DNA of 64,000 bases from Camelus dromedarius (lineage: Eukaryota), in the NCBI RefSeq assembly GCF_036321535.1, contig NC_087458.1:14136001-14200000 (forward strand). The letters run 5' to 3'. Of the stretch, positions 25,279-38,460 are shown piece after piece. The notes beneath the pieces were generated by a model. That model had not been told where the DNA came from. It did not search any database and saw only the letters and a list, made by a program, of their open reading frames with translations. Both the position numbers and the translations under genes were made by a program. The stretch's first letter is position 1, and every line of letters begins with the position of its first letter.

Positions 25279-26370
25279 CTGCAAGGATAAGAAGGGAGCC
25301 TTGAGGGACACCTGACCGCACTCTTGCTTCGTTGATAATCATCCAGGTTCTTATATTATCATGCCTTGGCATAAAAGTAGAACCAGAAATCCAGGGAGGT
25401 CAAAAACTAGTTCCGGACAACGCCAAAGTCAGTGAAGAAACAAAGGATAAGACTGAGGTCCTCTGACTTGTGGCTCTGCCCATCTCCCACCATCTCCCCA
25501 GTGCAGCCCAGAATGGCAACTTGAGGACAAACACTCTTTTTCTCCCCAAGTCCATCAACAAATATGGATTGAAGATTTAACAGGTAATAGTCACTATGTT
25601 AGCTGCCACGGTGGATAAAACGAGGACACTGTGCAGTCTCTGCCCCCAGGACCTGGCAACCTAGTTTTGTATCTCTGACATTGTCTAGGGGGACCCAGCA
25701 CTGTATACAGCTTTCTGTCAACACTCAGGGATCACTCATTATCTAACAGGGATGAAATGAGTGGCCTGGCTCCCAAGGCTCAGCCAATCTTCATGAAATT
25801 TCCCTGCTGGCTCAGTGACAAAGAGGAGATTTGGCATATGTCAACTGCACCGTGTCCCAGAAATGGGAGGCAGGGGAGATTACAGCACAGAGCATCTTAA
25901 AATAGGAAGGGACCCCGGAATCCATCTGGTACAAGCCTGAGCAAAAATATTTGGCTTCCCGTGCTTCACCTGTGAAATGGGACTATCTCTATTGTTCCAG
26001 TTTCATAACAATAAAGAGACACAGCTTCAGACTGTCCTCAATAAAAATGTTTGAACTGTCTTTGAAAATTAAATGCAAATTATAAAGCCAGGGTAAAATC
26101 TGCATGGAAAAAGAATCTTCCTCCTCCATTAACAAATAGCGTTTCATCTGGGAATGAAGGGTTTGGGGAAGGGCCATCCAAATTTGAACCCACAAATAAT
26201 ATAAAAAAGAACAACCTTGCATAGAGTTATCCTGTCACAACAAGGTGCACAGCTTGGACGGGTTACAGACCCAACAGATTGCTTGTTTTATGATCCCAAG
26301 TGCTAATTTCAAAGTGGCAGCCCCAGTGCTTGTCCCCAGAAGAAAGGATCCTTCTGTCCTTTTCCTTTAC

Positions 26371-26500
26371 CTGCCCGGAGCAGAATGACCTGGTCCTCCA
26401 AGGTGAGGTCAGAGAAGTGGGGGATGCGCTTGGCCCATTCAACGAGCGTGAACAGCTGCTTATCAGCAGCATGGCATATGTTGGTGACAGGGTCATTCGT
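26371..26500 (-). CDS. RXRG: RXRG coding exon 6 (LBD), 130 nt
   Basis: ctcctttcag|ACGAAT...GGGCAG|gtaaag; [43 protein letters not shown]; 116-nt intron to exon 5. Confidence 0.98.
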
Positions 26501-26616
26501 CTGAAAGGAGAACAAAGGACTCTGAAGGAAAGGCTCTGGGACTCAGACACAACCCCTTCCCCACCTCCAGCCCCATCCAGGAGATGGGAGATAGGGGAAG
26601 CCCCAAGACCACATAC

Positions 26617-26777
26617 CGAGTTTTCCGTGTTCATGTCACCGTAGGATTCCGTCTTTGGTTCAACGGCAAGTTCAGCTTCTAGAATCCTCTCCACAGGCAT
26701 GTCTTCATGGCCGCTGCTGGCACACTCTGCCTCACTCTCTGCCCGCTCCCGGCTTCTCTGCCTCTCTTCTTGCACAG
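26617..26777 (-). CDS. RXRG: RXRG coding exon 5 (hinge / start of LBD), 161 nt
   Basis: cctgccag|CTGTG...AACTCG|gtatgt; AVQEERQR...[16 protein letters not shown]...ENS. Confidence 0.98.
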
Positions 26778-28909
26778 CTGGCAGGAACAAGGATGTGCAG
26801 CTGTTACCGTAGGCCCAGGACAACTGTGGGAAAGTTAGTTACCTACCTAAGCCTCAGTCTCCTCATCTGTAAAATGGGCATCATCATGGTGATGAATCAG
26901 GGACCTTGTATTGTTAACAGATGAAACCAAGAAAGCAGAGCTGTTTGGTTATGCCTGTGCTGAACTATGGGTTTTTTAGTCCATATTCTTTCCAGTTCAT
27001 TTTGGTGACCACGCTAAGAAGCGTACATTGTAAGCTTGAATAACCTCCAGTTCTGCCCTTTCTTTTAATGACCCACTGTCTCCTTACACTCAGTCTCCCG
27101 TATCCTTCCTCCACCTGCTACCTCAAATAAACCGTGAGCATGCAACAGTTAAGTAGCAAGCACATTACTCTAAAAACTCCTTCTGTCAGATCCTATGCAT
27201 CATCCTTGGCATTCACGTCCCATTAGGTCTGCCCCCAGTGCACCGGCCTGAACGCAGCATCACCTGATCTGACTTGTCAGGGAAGATCTTCGGGGAGCCA
27301 TGTGAGTATCTAGTCAGTGAAAGGGTGGAGGAATGTCACCTAGATGACATTTCAGAATCAGCAGCCGAATTGGAGGGGTGGGGAAGGGTACATAGGGAAA
27401 GGGGTAGGCTGGAATTATCTCAGCCTCCCAAAACTTAGGGTTTCTATCAAAGAACCCCCTGGGTCTATACATTAGGATGTCAGGCAGACCCCCTCCCCAA
27501 TTCTGTCCTCTTCATTGGGAGAACAGTCTCTATTGGGTTAGTTCCCATCCTTTCAAAAGCTACAGTTTGCATCTTCTTATTCTCAGTAGCAATAAGCAGA
27601 ATGCAATATTAAAACATATTTTTTTTTAATCCCAAGGATCAAGGAAATTCTACTCTAAGCAGGTAGCTAAGCCGGAACTCGGGGACAGCTACTCCATCAG
27701 CCACTTCAGCCTCCCATCTCCTCTCCCCTCCTCCCCATCGTCCACTCTCCAAGCCACCTCCTACTCTCTGAGGGGATAAGGAGCCACAGAGGCTGCAGAA
27801 TGAACTGGAACTGGATGCTGGACATCTGGTTTGTCACGCAAGTGATATTATTGATCTCTCAAAGTAGGTCAAAGAAGGGGCTGACAGCAAAAACACGGCT
27901 GATGCTCCAAAGTCTCCAGCAGAGATACACCAAGAAGCCTCAAGCTGAGAATGATATTCAGGGTTGGGGGGAGGGAGGGGAGGAAGAAAGAAGTAAAGGA
28001 AGAAAGAGAAGAGAGATTAAAGCAGGGGAGGAAGAAAAAGAAGAAACAGAAGAGAAAGAGAACATAGAAAAGAAAATAGGAGAAGACCAAAAATCGTGAG
28101 TCAAATAAATCTTTTTCAAACTGGGCATGGCCACTTCCTAGCTAGTTAACATCAGACATATTTCTCAGCCTACCAAGCCTCAGTTTCCCTATATGTAAAG
28201 TGCGGATTATAGTACTTAGCTGAGACTGTTTTGTGACACTTAAATGGAATAATTATTTAAAAGGTCAGAAAAGGTAGCATTTTCCCTCCCGTCGGTCTCT
28301 CTTTACACTCTCGGGTTCTGCTCTGGTCCTCTCTCCATGCCTCCTTTGATCTCTTCCTTCCTCTTCTTGTTTCTCCTCCTCCCTCACCCTTTCTTTCTGT
28401 CCGTTCTATTAGTCTCCACTCACTGACAATATACAGACGCTCTTCCGTGTATTTTTATCATCAGTTGGATACACTGGTTAAAGTTGAATGCTTCTCGTAT
28501 TAATTTTTTTTAAGGTAGGTTAATGGGCTTCTATTTGTCTTGATTTGAAAAGATGGGGGAAAGCAAACTAAATTCCTTTTTTGACCCTCGGTCAGTTTCT
28601 TCTGCAGATTAGTAACACTCAAAGAAAATAACCTTCAAGCTTCAAAGAAACAACCTTGGCTTCAGGGAATCAGATTCTAATTTCAATTTTGCCACTAATT
28701 GAGTGATCCATTGCTATTCACTCCTTTTCGGGTGTGTGTGCCGTAAATCTTACTGTCGTAAAGGAGGAGTCGTGTGTGTTGTTGGAGGAAATCTTCTACG
28801 GGGAGGACATTCTGAGCTACTGCTACTACATCCAGCTGGGTACATTCAGGGGATCTACAAGAGGATTAGAACAGAGTTTTACCCCTTAGTCCAATATACA
28901 TTTATTGTG

Positions 28910-29090
28910 ATGTACTAAAATGGCCAACATTTACGAAGCTCTAGCTCTGTGTGAGAAGTACGCTCAACACTTTACATAGATTGTATTTCATTTAACCTCC
29001 ATGAGAAACCTCTGAAGTGCTATGAGCCACAGAGAAGTTAGGTAACCCGTCTGAGGTCACAGAGCTGGAAGGTGGTGGATCCAGGCTGGC
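28910..29090 (-). mobile_element. MIR
   Basis: ctttacataga...tcatttaacctc...cagagaagttaggtaacc. Confidence 0.75.
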
Positions 29091-29899
29091 TGCCCCCTGA
29101 GCCGGTCTCTAAGCCCTCTGTACTGCCTCCAAGGCTCTGGGTTCTTTGGACCAATAAACCCAAATGGATGTCTGACACTGCCCGCAAATTGCCTCAGAAA
29201 GAACCCATCCTTTAACTATCCAAACTACATTAAATGACCAAAAACCATGGAAAGAGACTTCTCCAGGACCTCTGAGGATTGTTTGGTGGCCTGGAAATCA
29301 GGAGGCCCCAGTCTTACATCAGCTCTGCCTTCAGCTTGCTACTACGTAAGCTTAGGCAAGACCCTGGCCTCTCAGAACCTCTGTTTCTTCTTTCAGGAGA
29401 TGAATGTGTTACAACAGATAATAGCAAATATCCATTCCAGCCTCATCATTATGTATCCTGGGCCCGGGGAGGCGAATTCTGAGCCCACCCCAATTTTATC
29501 TCTTTCTGTCCATCCAACTCCCTTGGAGTCTAAATCCCATTGTATCACTCAGTTATCTGTTCCAGGATTTTATTATTTTTGTCCTCATGAAGGTGTCCAA
29601 ACTGAGCCCCCAGTTCTGTAAATCAAAGCCAGAGATGATAGTGGTGAAGGAAAGGCTGCCCAGTAACCCTTAAAAAGTGACCCTTCATATTGATACTCAC
29701 AGAGTATCAGTTCTATCCTGGTGAAGAGAAGACACTGTCTACCAGCCGGTTTTTCACATCACATGTGCCCGTCTATGAGATCGTCGACCCCTCTACAGCA
29801 AGTATGACATAAGCATAAAGTAGGCACTCCATTCACACTTGAGGAATGAATGACTGTGTGGGTGAATGGATCATCTTTAGGAACTCCTGCATTACTAAA

Positions 29900-30790
29900 A
29901 GTTCTGATTCCAATATTCAGTTGAAATCACTCATCCATTCACTTAACAAGTATTTCTTAAATGTCTACTATGTGCTAGTCACTGGTGATACAGCTGTGGG
30001 AGAAGAAAAGGCAGGGAAAATAGCCCTGCCTTCTTGGAAACAGACAATGGATACAATTTAAAAGTATGTCGGACAGTGGTAAGTACTGTGCGAAAGAGAA
30101 CAGAAAGTATCAGGAGTGGTTGATGCATTTACGACAGAGTCGTCAGGCAAAGCTTTATCAAGTAGTTGAAAATCGAGTAAAGGTATGAAGGAGTAGGAGT
30201 GAGCCAAGCAGATACCTGGGAAGAGGGCATTCCAAGCAGATAGAATGGTAAGTGCAAAGGCCCTGAGGTGGGAGCACCCCTGGTGGCCCAGTAAAGAGAA
30301 TAGGAAGGTTGGAGCAGAAAGACATGGGGCAACCAGACCAAATATGACCTTGAAGTCATAACCAGGATTTTGCCTTTTTCCTGAATAAGAAGGGAAGGCA
30401 TTGGAGAGTTTTGGTGGAGGAAAGGCTTTACCTGACCCATTTGTTCAAAGCCTCACTCTGGTTGCTTTGATAAGGAGAGACTGTAGGAAGACAAAAACGG
30501 GAGTCAGGGAGACTTCTCAGGAGGTTATCTGTATTAGTACAAAAGACAATGGTGGCTTGGATTATGGCGATAGCAGTAAAAGTGGTGAGATTTGGAAAGA
30601 TTCTGGACATATTTTGCGAAAGAAACAAGACTTCTTCACCCACTGAATGTGGTGTATGAAAGAAAAAGAGGTGTCCAGTGGTTTTTTGGTCTGAGCAACT
30701 GGAAAATGGGCCATTTCCTAAAATGGGGAGGACCGTGTGATGAAAAGGCTGGGAGGACAGGTTTGGGCCTGTTAATTTGAGATTCCTGTT
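29900..30790 (-). mobile_element. L2 LINE fragment
   Basis: cattcacttaacaagtatttc...tgtgctag...ggaagagggcattccaagcaga...gcaaaggccctgagg. Confidence 0.85.
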
Positions 30791-31890
30791 AGATACCAGA
30801 GTGAGGGCCCTCCCTGGTTCTGGGGTCTGTCAACGTGAGATTCCATCCTTAATTCTGGAGCTCCTTCGCACCCCGGCAGGAGAAGCAATGTGATGTGAGC
30901 TCCAGTCTGGGAGTAAGAAGTCCTAGTCTCTGCTCATCACCTACCTTTGGGACCTTGGAAAAATCCACATCACCAGGCAAAGCCTGTCTCCTCAGCTGTA
31001 GAATGCTTAGGGTTATTAAATTCTCAAGGGCTACCTCCATCTCAAACATGCTAAGAATCTCCCTTTTTCCTTCTTGGTAGCCTTCTTTCTTAGAAAGGGT
31101 CAAAAAAACTTTTTCTTCGGTGGTCCTTTCAGCCAGCCTCCCCACTCCTCACAGAAAAGTTCTTCAAGAATAAGGATCCACTTGGGACTGACTAAATGCC
31201 CTGTTCCCACTTCCTAGAGAGAGAGGCAGGACCTCCTTACCCCGAAGTCTATTAAGATTCACCATTTATACACTGCACCGGCTTGAGTCCACTAGCTAAT
31301 TAACTAACCAAGTCCATGTATTTGTGTTATTTAACAGAAAGACTTTTTGATCTTGTAAATGAACAGAAGGCACTTTCAGAATGTTTTTTTTTTTCCTACA
31401 ACAACCCAGCTAACCCACACTGTAAATGGAAAGATACAGCATTTTAAAAATGCACAGTGATGATCTCTCTGAATGAGAAGGCTCAGTCTGATTATTGGTA
31501 ATGCCAATAATCCCAAAAGACTTTGGAATACACCAATTGCAGAGGATTTGTAGCAGACCAAGGTTATAAAAGCCCAGAGAGATTAATCAAACCAGCAGGC
31601 TTCCCCGGAGTGAGGATTAGAGGGGAGAAGTTGGCTCAGCCCAGAAGGTCAGTTGGATGCTCCATTGCAGGGCAGCATACCAGGACCCCAAGACCTCAGC
31701 TCTGAGACTTGCTGCCTGGCTATTGGAAGAGAAAAGGAGAGGATGCAGATTGGACCATCACCTGAGCTCCAGGAGTGGATAAGTGAACTTGGAGGAGGAA
31801 GATGCTCCTGCTCTGTCTGTTCGGGTACACATTGACCAGGGCAGGGGGCGTTCAGTTGCAGTACTCAAGAAATCATGGTACCTAAAGTCA

Positions 31891-32214
<324 letters not shown>

Positions 32215-32460
32215 TCACAAGAAGAGAGCCCCGTAAGTCATCCTTGTGTTTATTTGGCTCTTTCATTCAAAAGGACCCCTTGGCTCTCCCCCCAGGGGAA
32301 ACTGGCCCATCACCTAGGCAATGGGAACAAAAGCAAAGAACAACCAGCAGAGAACGCAGAACCAAACTGAGGCCGAGTAAATATGCCTTTCTTTGTGCCT
32401 TGCCTCTGGAAGTGATTCTCTGGAATCACTCATTCCAGAAAGCATTATTAGAAAAGTCCT

Positions 32461-32786
32461 AAAAAAAAGAACATAAATACAAAACAGAAACAGACTCATA
32501 GACATAGAATACTAACTTGTGGTTGCCAAGGGGGACGGGGGTGGGAAGGGACAGACTGGGAGTTCAAACTTTGTAGATACTGACAGGCATATGCAGAATA
32601 GATAAACAAGACTATACTGCATAGCACAGGGAAATATATACAAGATCTTGTGGTAGCTCACAGTGAAAAAAATGTGACAACGAATATATGTATGTTCATG
32701 TATAACTGAAAAATTGTGCTCTACACTGGAATTTGACACAACATTGTAAAATGACTGTAACTCAATAAAAAAATGTTTAAAAAAAA
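32461..32786 (+). mobile_element. Young L1 3' end in intron 3
   Basis: cagactcatagacatagaatac...tttgacacaacattgtaaaatgac, poly(A) tail; TSD aaaagtcct (32452-32460 / 32787-32795). Confidence 0.92.
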
Positions 32787-34695
32787 AAAAGTCCTGACCT
32801 AAGATTTTGCTTATATTTACTTTATTGGGGTAACTCTTGTGTTTAGTTAAGCAAAATGTCCTACCTCCAATCAAGATATTAGTATATATAATAAATAAAA
32901 ATATTTATGCCTGTTACGTATTCTCCAGCAGGAAATGAATGTCAGCTTCACTAATATTTCCCCATAATTGAAGCCGAAGGACGTAGGAATCTCACTTACA
33001 AGTATTATCCTCCACCATAAACTATGAATAGGAACCTGTAAATTTTTTAAATGCTGTTGCCTATTGGAGAAATGAATTGGTATATGATCTTTATGGCGTG
33101 ATATGACATGTAATCTTGAATGTGACATAAAGATCTGATGGAAGGGGCTTTTGCTTGATCCAGAATAATCTGTTAAATGTTTCATTGCCCTTATCACCTG
33201 TTCCACACATTCAGTTTTCAATGACCCCAGCCAGGGATGGCTGACTTGTGTCAGGAGAGTCGCCATACCCATGCCCACACAGGTACCAACACTCAATCAC
33301 CACACTTCTTCTAAGTGGAAGTCTTCTCAATACTACACACCAGGCAGCTACGCTCAACTGATTGGAATTGTGGGACTTGAAAAATAGTGAAGCAGGTCAT
33401 TCAAAACATATTTATGTCCGATTCTTGAGTGTAACATGTGATGTTCTTTAGCTATAGACCTGACACGACTTCCTGATTTGGTATCAGCCTAAATGATATC
33501 AAAGTGAATTTGAAGTCCCTGCGAACTAGCCAATGTAAATATCTGTACCCAAGGTGCTTACATTTCAGAGGAAGTCACCATAAGATGGCTTGGTGGCCAG
33601 AGACAGCCTCCTGGTGAACTTAGTCAGCACCTAATCAGTTGAGTATACCAATTTACTAAACTCCCAGCAATACTAAACACAGGATTTTATGCTAGGCCCA
33701 AAGAACCTAATGCTCTCAGATCTGAAATATTTGTCTTTAAGAAATATGGGACCAATTTGTCATTCCCATGGCTCTTCCATATATGAATGAATACCCCGAA
33801 TTTCAAGTAACCCATAGCAGAGAAAACTCTCTTTCAGGGTGTGGTTGGAATTCTGCTGCTATGGCAACGGCCAAGTCTGCATGATTTGGAAACAACTTTC
33901 TGAGGACAAGCAAACATCCGTTATGTAGCTAAGTAAGTTCCAGGCACCAGGAACTTTTAATGGAGTGACATTTTGCAGTGGCTTTGGTGACAATAAGAGA
34001 TGAGCTATAGAAAAGAATCTTCCTCATCTTATTCATCAAATCAGGGATTAGCCTGTCATCAAAATTGCTGAGATGAGGAGTTAGTTAGAGGCAGGAATGA
34101 TGGAGAGGTAGGGAAAAAGTCAGGAAAGAAAAAACTTTGGCAAAAAATGGAAGAGGGTCAAAAAAGATGAAATCAGGGAAAATGCATTTATTTCCACCCA
34201 TGGAAACATGTTAAAAACCTGTAATGTTGTAGAAGGAAAAATGCTAAAATATCAAAGGTTTATCTTTGTTGGGGATATCGGAGATAAGTTTTTTAGTTTT
34301 CATTGGCCCTTTTCTAGTTTTCCCACATTTCCCACATTGAGATATTATTTTTAATTATAATAAATATTTTTTTTAACTTCAAGAGACTCTAGCTTGAGAC
34401 ACTTGCTCATCACAACAGCTGCTCTATCCCAGTTACACATGCAACACAGTAACGCCAGAAGGAGGCTTCTGAAATGTTGCCTATAAATCTCATCCCCCCA
34501 AACGAAGTCATGCTTTCAGTTGATCAAAACTACAGTGACAGAAATTCACAGCCTGGGCCCCAAGCTGGACCATTGTGAAGGACCCCTTTTTCTTTCATTG
34601 GGTACAAAGTAGCCAGGTGGGCCGTGGCACAGGTGACTTCTCTGGGACCCCTGTTGCATGGGTCACTTGGGAGGGCCGTCTGCTTCTGCACGTAC

Positions 34696-34840
34696 CTGAG
34701 GATCTGTCCCCACAGATGGCACAGATGTGTTTGACCAGAGAGCCAGGGCTAGTGGACGGGTAGCTCATGTTTCCGATGCCGGGAAGCCCCGGTAAGGGCT
34801 TGATGTCCTCAGAAATGCTGACACTGTTGACCACATTTAG
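34696..34840 (-). CDS. RXRG: RXRG coding exon 3 (end of A/B, start of zinc finger 1; contains M124), 145 nt
   Basis: cctcttgtag|CTAAAT...TCCTCAG|gtacgt; [14 protein letters not shown]...[12 protein letters not shown]. Confidence 0.98.
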
Positions 34841-36548
34841 CTACAAGAGGGAAAACACAGTAACACACAGAGCCAGGGTAAGCTCGGTCCCCCCAGGCAG
34901 AAAGCAACAAGACCATCCTTGAGAAAGAAAAAAAAAAAAAGAGGCTCTATTTCAAGAAGTAGTTTTCAAGCACAGAATATCTACAATTGCCTAGGAGGGA
35001 TGTGAATTTAAGGGAGAAAAATAGTAACAGAGAGGAACTAAATCATTTCTAAATGCCAAAACCGAAACCAAAAATCACAACACATCTCCATCAGAGCGCT
35101 CCGCTTTTACTCATTTGACACATATGTTTTACTTGAGCTAGAAATCTACATTGCACAGCACACTTAGGACAAGTCCATTGTGCACTTTTAAATTTTTTAT
35201 TAACAACTTACTCCCTACTCAGCAGGGCTTCAAGAGGAGCTATATGACCCTCAGGCGAAAGACTTAGACTCCGGAGAGAACCAAGCAAAATATGCAAATC
35301 CATTCCTTTAGCGAATCAGCAAACAGACATTTACCAAGCGCTCAACATGCCAGGCACCATGCCAGGTTCCAGGGGACAAAGGTAAATAAATTGCACACCC
35401 TTAGGGACTTTACAGTAAAATGGAAGAGAAGATGTATGTAGTGGTCATCTCAATAAACCTACTGAAGATGCTAAGCCAAATGCCCAAATCATTGCAGTAG
35501 CACCAAAAATTAGGTTAAAGCCCCAGGTGATATTTTTGAACTTGTCTGTAAGGAATAAATTTTCTCCCCACGAAAATCCCTGGAGCCAGAGACTGTCCGC
35601 CTTGTCTTTCCAGTGCCTGGTGTGACCCTGGCACGGGATAGGGAGCTGGTAGACTTGAATGGCTCCATAAAGGAACATTGCGTGGATCGCTTTCCTCGCC
35701 CCTTATCACAGGTTAACGTTAGCTCTTCACCTCGTCTCCCTCCATGTCTCCCAGTGCTCTTGGGGAGATTACAGAGAAGCCACTGCTGTGTGTTTTGTAT
35801 TAATGAAAAAACAGTTAAAGAAATATGAGCTGGTCATCCAGTCAGCAGCATTTCTGGACTCATGGCTACAGGTCAACATTCTGGGCTGTGAAGGGAGATA
35901 AAGAACCTAGATCTGTCTCTCATTCCTCAAAAATGCACGATCTCACTGAGGAGTCAGAACGTGCACAAAAACTAAGAACACATCCAAGTAATTCAGACAA
36001 AGGTGGTGCTGAGCAGGTGTGTGTTTAAGTGCCCGGTAGAGGCACCTGGTGAATACCCAGAGGTTTAAGGGGAGGTCCAGGGACTTCTGCGTGGTCTACG
36101 TGAATTTTGAATCAGACTGCCTAACTGAAGTGACTGTTAATTCCCCAACTGATCCAAGGGTAGGATTTTCTTCTCTATTCAAGGCCTTTGGGACAGAAGG
36201 CATGATCAATAAAACATAAAATACAACAGAGCCTGGCTTAGGTTCCTTCTAAATTGACTAGCTTTTCAATTCACTAAGCAAATATTTATTGAGCACAGGA
36301 GGAGGGCAGAGGCTCTGGGTTAAATGCTGTGAGGGATGCAAAAAAGAGAAGACAGCTTTCAGGGCCTTGCTTTGAAATCAAAATCACCAGGAACTTTTAA
36401 AAATTAATTAGGATGAGGGATGAAAACACGTATGTGATGGGAGAGTGCTCCCTCCTCTTCCTCCTCCTCCTGCTCCCTCCTTTTTATAAAAGGCTAAGGC
36501 AAGACATCTGGATCTTAGAGTCAGTGTTTAGTTTTGTTTCGGTGGAAC

Positions 36549-36700
36549 ACAGTGGTTCTCAACCCCGAATGTATACCTGGGAGCTTTGGGAAAAAATTAA
36601 TTCCAGGGCCCCACACCCAGAAAAGGTCTGAGGTTCCACTGGTACTGGTATTTCCTTATGCTTACCAGGTAATGCTAATGGCAACCAGGATTAAGAATCA
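36549..36700 (+). mobile_element. MER5A-like hAT element
   Basis: cagtggttctcaacc...cacccaga...ccaggtaatgctaatg...aagaatca. Confidence 0.65.
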
Positions 36701-36702
36701 AG

Positions 36703-36960
36703 TGGAATAAACCAGACAAAGACAAATACTGCATGATATCACTTATAGGTGGAATCTAAAAAATACAACAAACTGGTGACTATAACGAAAAAGAAGCAGA
36801 CTCGCAGATACAGGGATCAAACTAGTGGTTGCCATCAGGGAGGGGTGGAGGGGCAATACAGGGGTGGGAGAGGGGAAGTATAAACTATTGGGTGTAAGAC
36901 ACGCTCAAGGATGTATTTACAACACGGGAAATACAGTCAATATTTTATAATAACTGTAAA
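36703..36960 (+). mobile_element. L1 3'UTR fragment running into an assembly gap
   Basis: gacaaatactgcatgatatcacttataggtggaatctaaaaaa motif. Confidence 0.85.
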
Positions 36961-37251
36961 NNNNNNNNNNNNNNNNNNNNNNNNNNNNNNNNNNNNNNNN
37001 NNNNNNNNNNNNNNNNNNNNNNNNNNNNNNNNNNNNNNNNNNNNNNNNNNNNNNNNNNNNNNNNNNNNNNNNNNNNNNNNNNNNNNNNNNNNNNNNNNNN
37101 NNNNNNNNNNNNNNNNNNNNNNNNNNNNNNNNNNNNNNNNNNNNNNNNNNNNNNNNNNNNNNNNNNNNNNNNNNNNNNNNNNNNNNNNNNNNNNNNNNNN
37201 NNNNNNNNNNNNNNNNNNNNNNNNNNNNNNNNNNNNNNNNNNNNNNNNNNN
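36961..37251. other. Assembly gap (291 N)
   Basis: N run adjoining an L1 3' end. Confidence 1.
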
Positions 37252-37480
37252 ATTGAATAGTGGAGAAAACATGTTTTGGTGTCACACGGGCCTGCCACTG
37301 ACACCCAGTCTACCCTTATTGGCTGCATGACCTCAAAGAAGTTACTAATCTTCCTTGACCTTTGGTGCCCTTGTCTGTAAAATGAACATAGTAATACATA
37401 ACTTACAGAGTCACTGGGAGGATTAGATGAGATAATGATGTAAAATGCCTGTCACAATGCCTGGCACACAGGAGGTGTTC
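37252..37480 (+). mobile_element. MIR
   Basis: tgacctcaaagaagttac...tctgtaaaatgaacatagtaatac...gaggattagatgagataat. Confidence 0.8.
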
Positions 37481-38169
37481 CTTAAATTGTAGCAATTATC
37501 ATTCCAATAAAATCCCATTAATTCAGATTTTGAATGTTTACTCTGAGCCAACATCGTCCTAGGTGAAAGGAATTCTGAGTGTCTCAAGGAAACCAGTATT
37601 ATTAGCACATAGATGCACCCCATGAAATGGAAGCATTTTAGATGAGATGACCCCAGAGAAAGAGCCCTGTAGCTGACCATGACTCTGTCCTCAAATCCTC
37701 AGACGGATGAGAAGGTCATGGGAGCGGGGAGGAGGGCACCAACACCTGGGGCTCAGGAGGCCCTCACCCACCTTCCCCTCCCATTCCCATCTCTAGCGGG
37801 ACCATCTCCGCCAGCTCCAGCCTGCAGCGATCACAGCACAGCCATTATTGTTATCACCACTCTTGGCGCTACCATCCAAGGAAAGTTTGCTCAGCACTAA
37901 ATAACTTTCAGTCCTCATGACAACCCTGTGAGATTTTCCTGTTTTTCAAATGAGAAAACTGAGCCTTAAGATGGTTTATTCATCTGTTCTTTTCAGAAAT
38001 CCTACTGGAGTACAAAAAGGAAGAAGACGCAGGCACTGCTTCAGGAAACTTGCGGGACTGGGGACCAGGCAGCTAATGGGTTTGAGCTCTGGTGGCCACC
38101 TTCCATCTCATCTGCCATTGCTCTGATGTTAAAAGCCAGCTGGGTTAGTTTAGAAAAGAAAGATCACAA

Positions 38170-38460
38170 GCAAATGAGATTAAGGAAGACATCCTGAAGG
38201 AGGTGGCATCTGATCTGGGACCTGACAGCCTTCCAAAATGGGTAGGATTTGGGTGGGCCAGTGATGGGCAAACTATTTTGACAACAAAGCCCTAGATGGA
38301 AACCCAGGTATTTGTGTCCAGTGAATGGATGGGAGACAAGGCTTGGAGGTGGGCTGTGACCGAGCCTGAGGATTAACTGCCTGCCTAAAGAGAGTGGATT
38401 TAATCTGAGAGGCAACGAGGAGCCATGAGGTTTTGAGCAGAGGACTAGTGCCCTCGAACT
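38170..38460 (-). mobile_element. L2 fragment
   Basis: ggaggtggcatctgatctgggacctga...ggagccatgaggttttgagcag. Confidence 0.65.

Noticed and set aside
27861-27871. RORE/Rev-erb motif AAAGTAGGTCA
   Set aside because: Degenerate consensus expected about once per window.
30345-30353. ERR/SF-1 motif TCAAGGTCA
   Set aside because: 9-mer expected about 0.5 times by chance; lies inside an L2.
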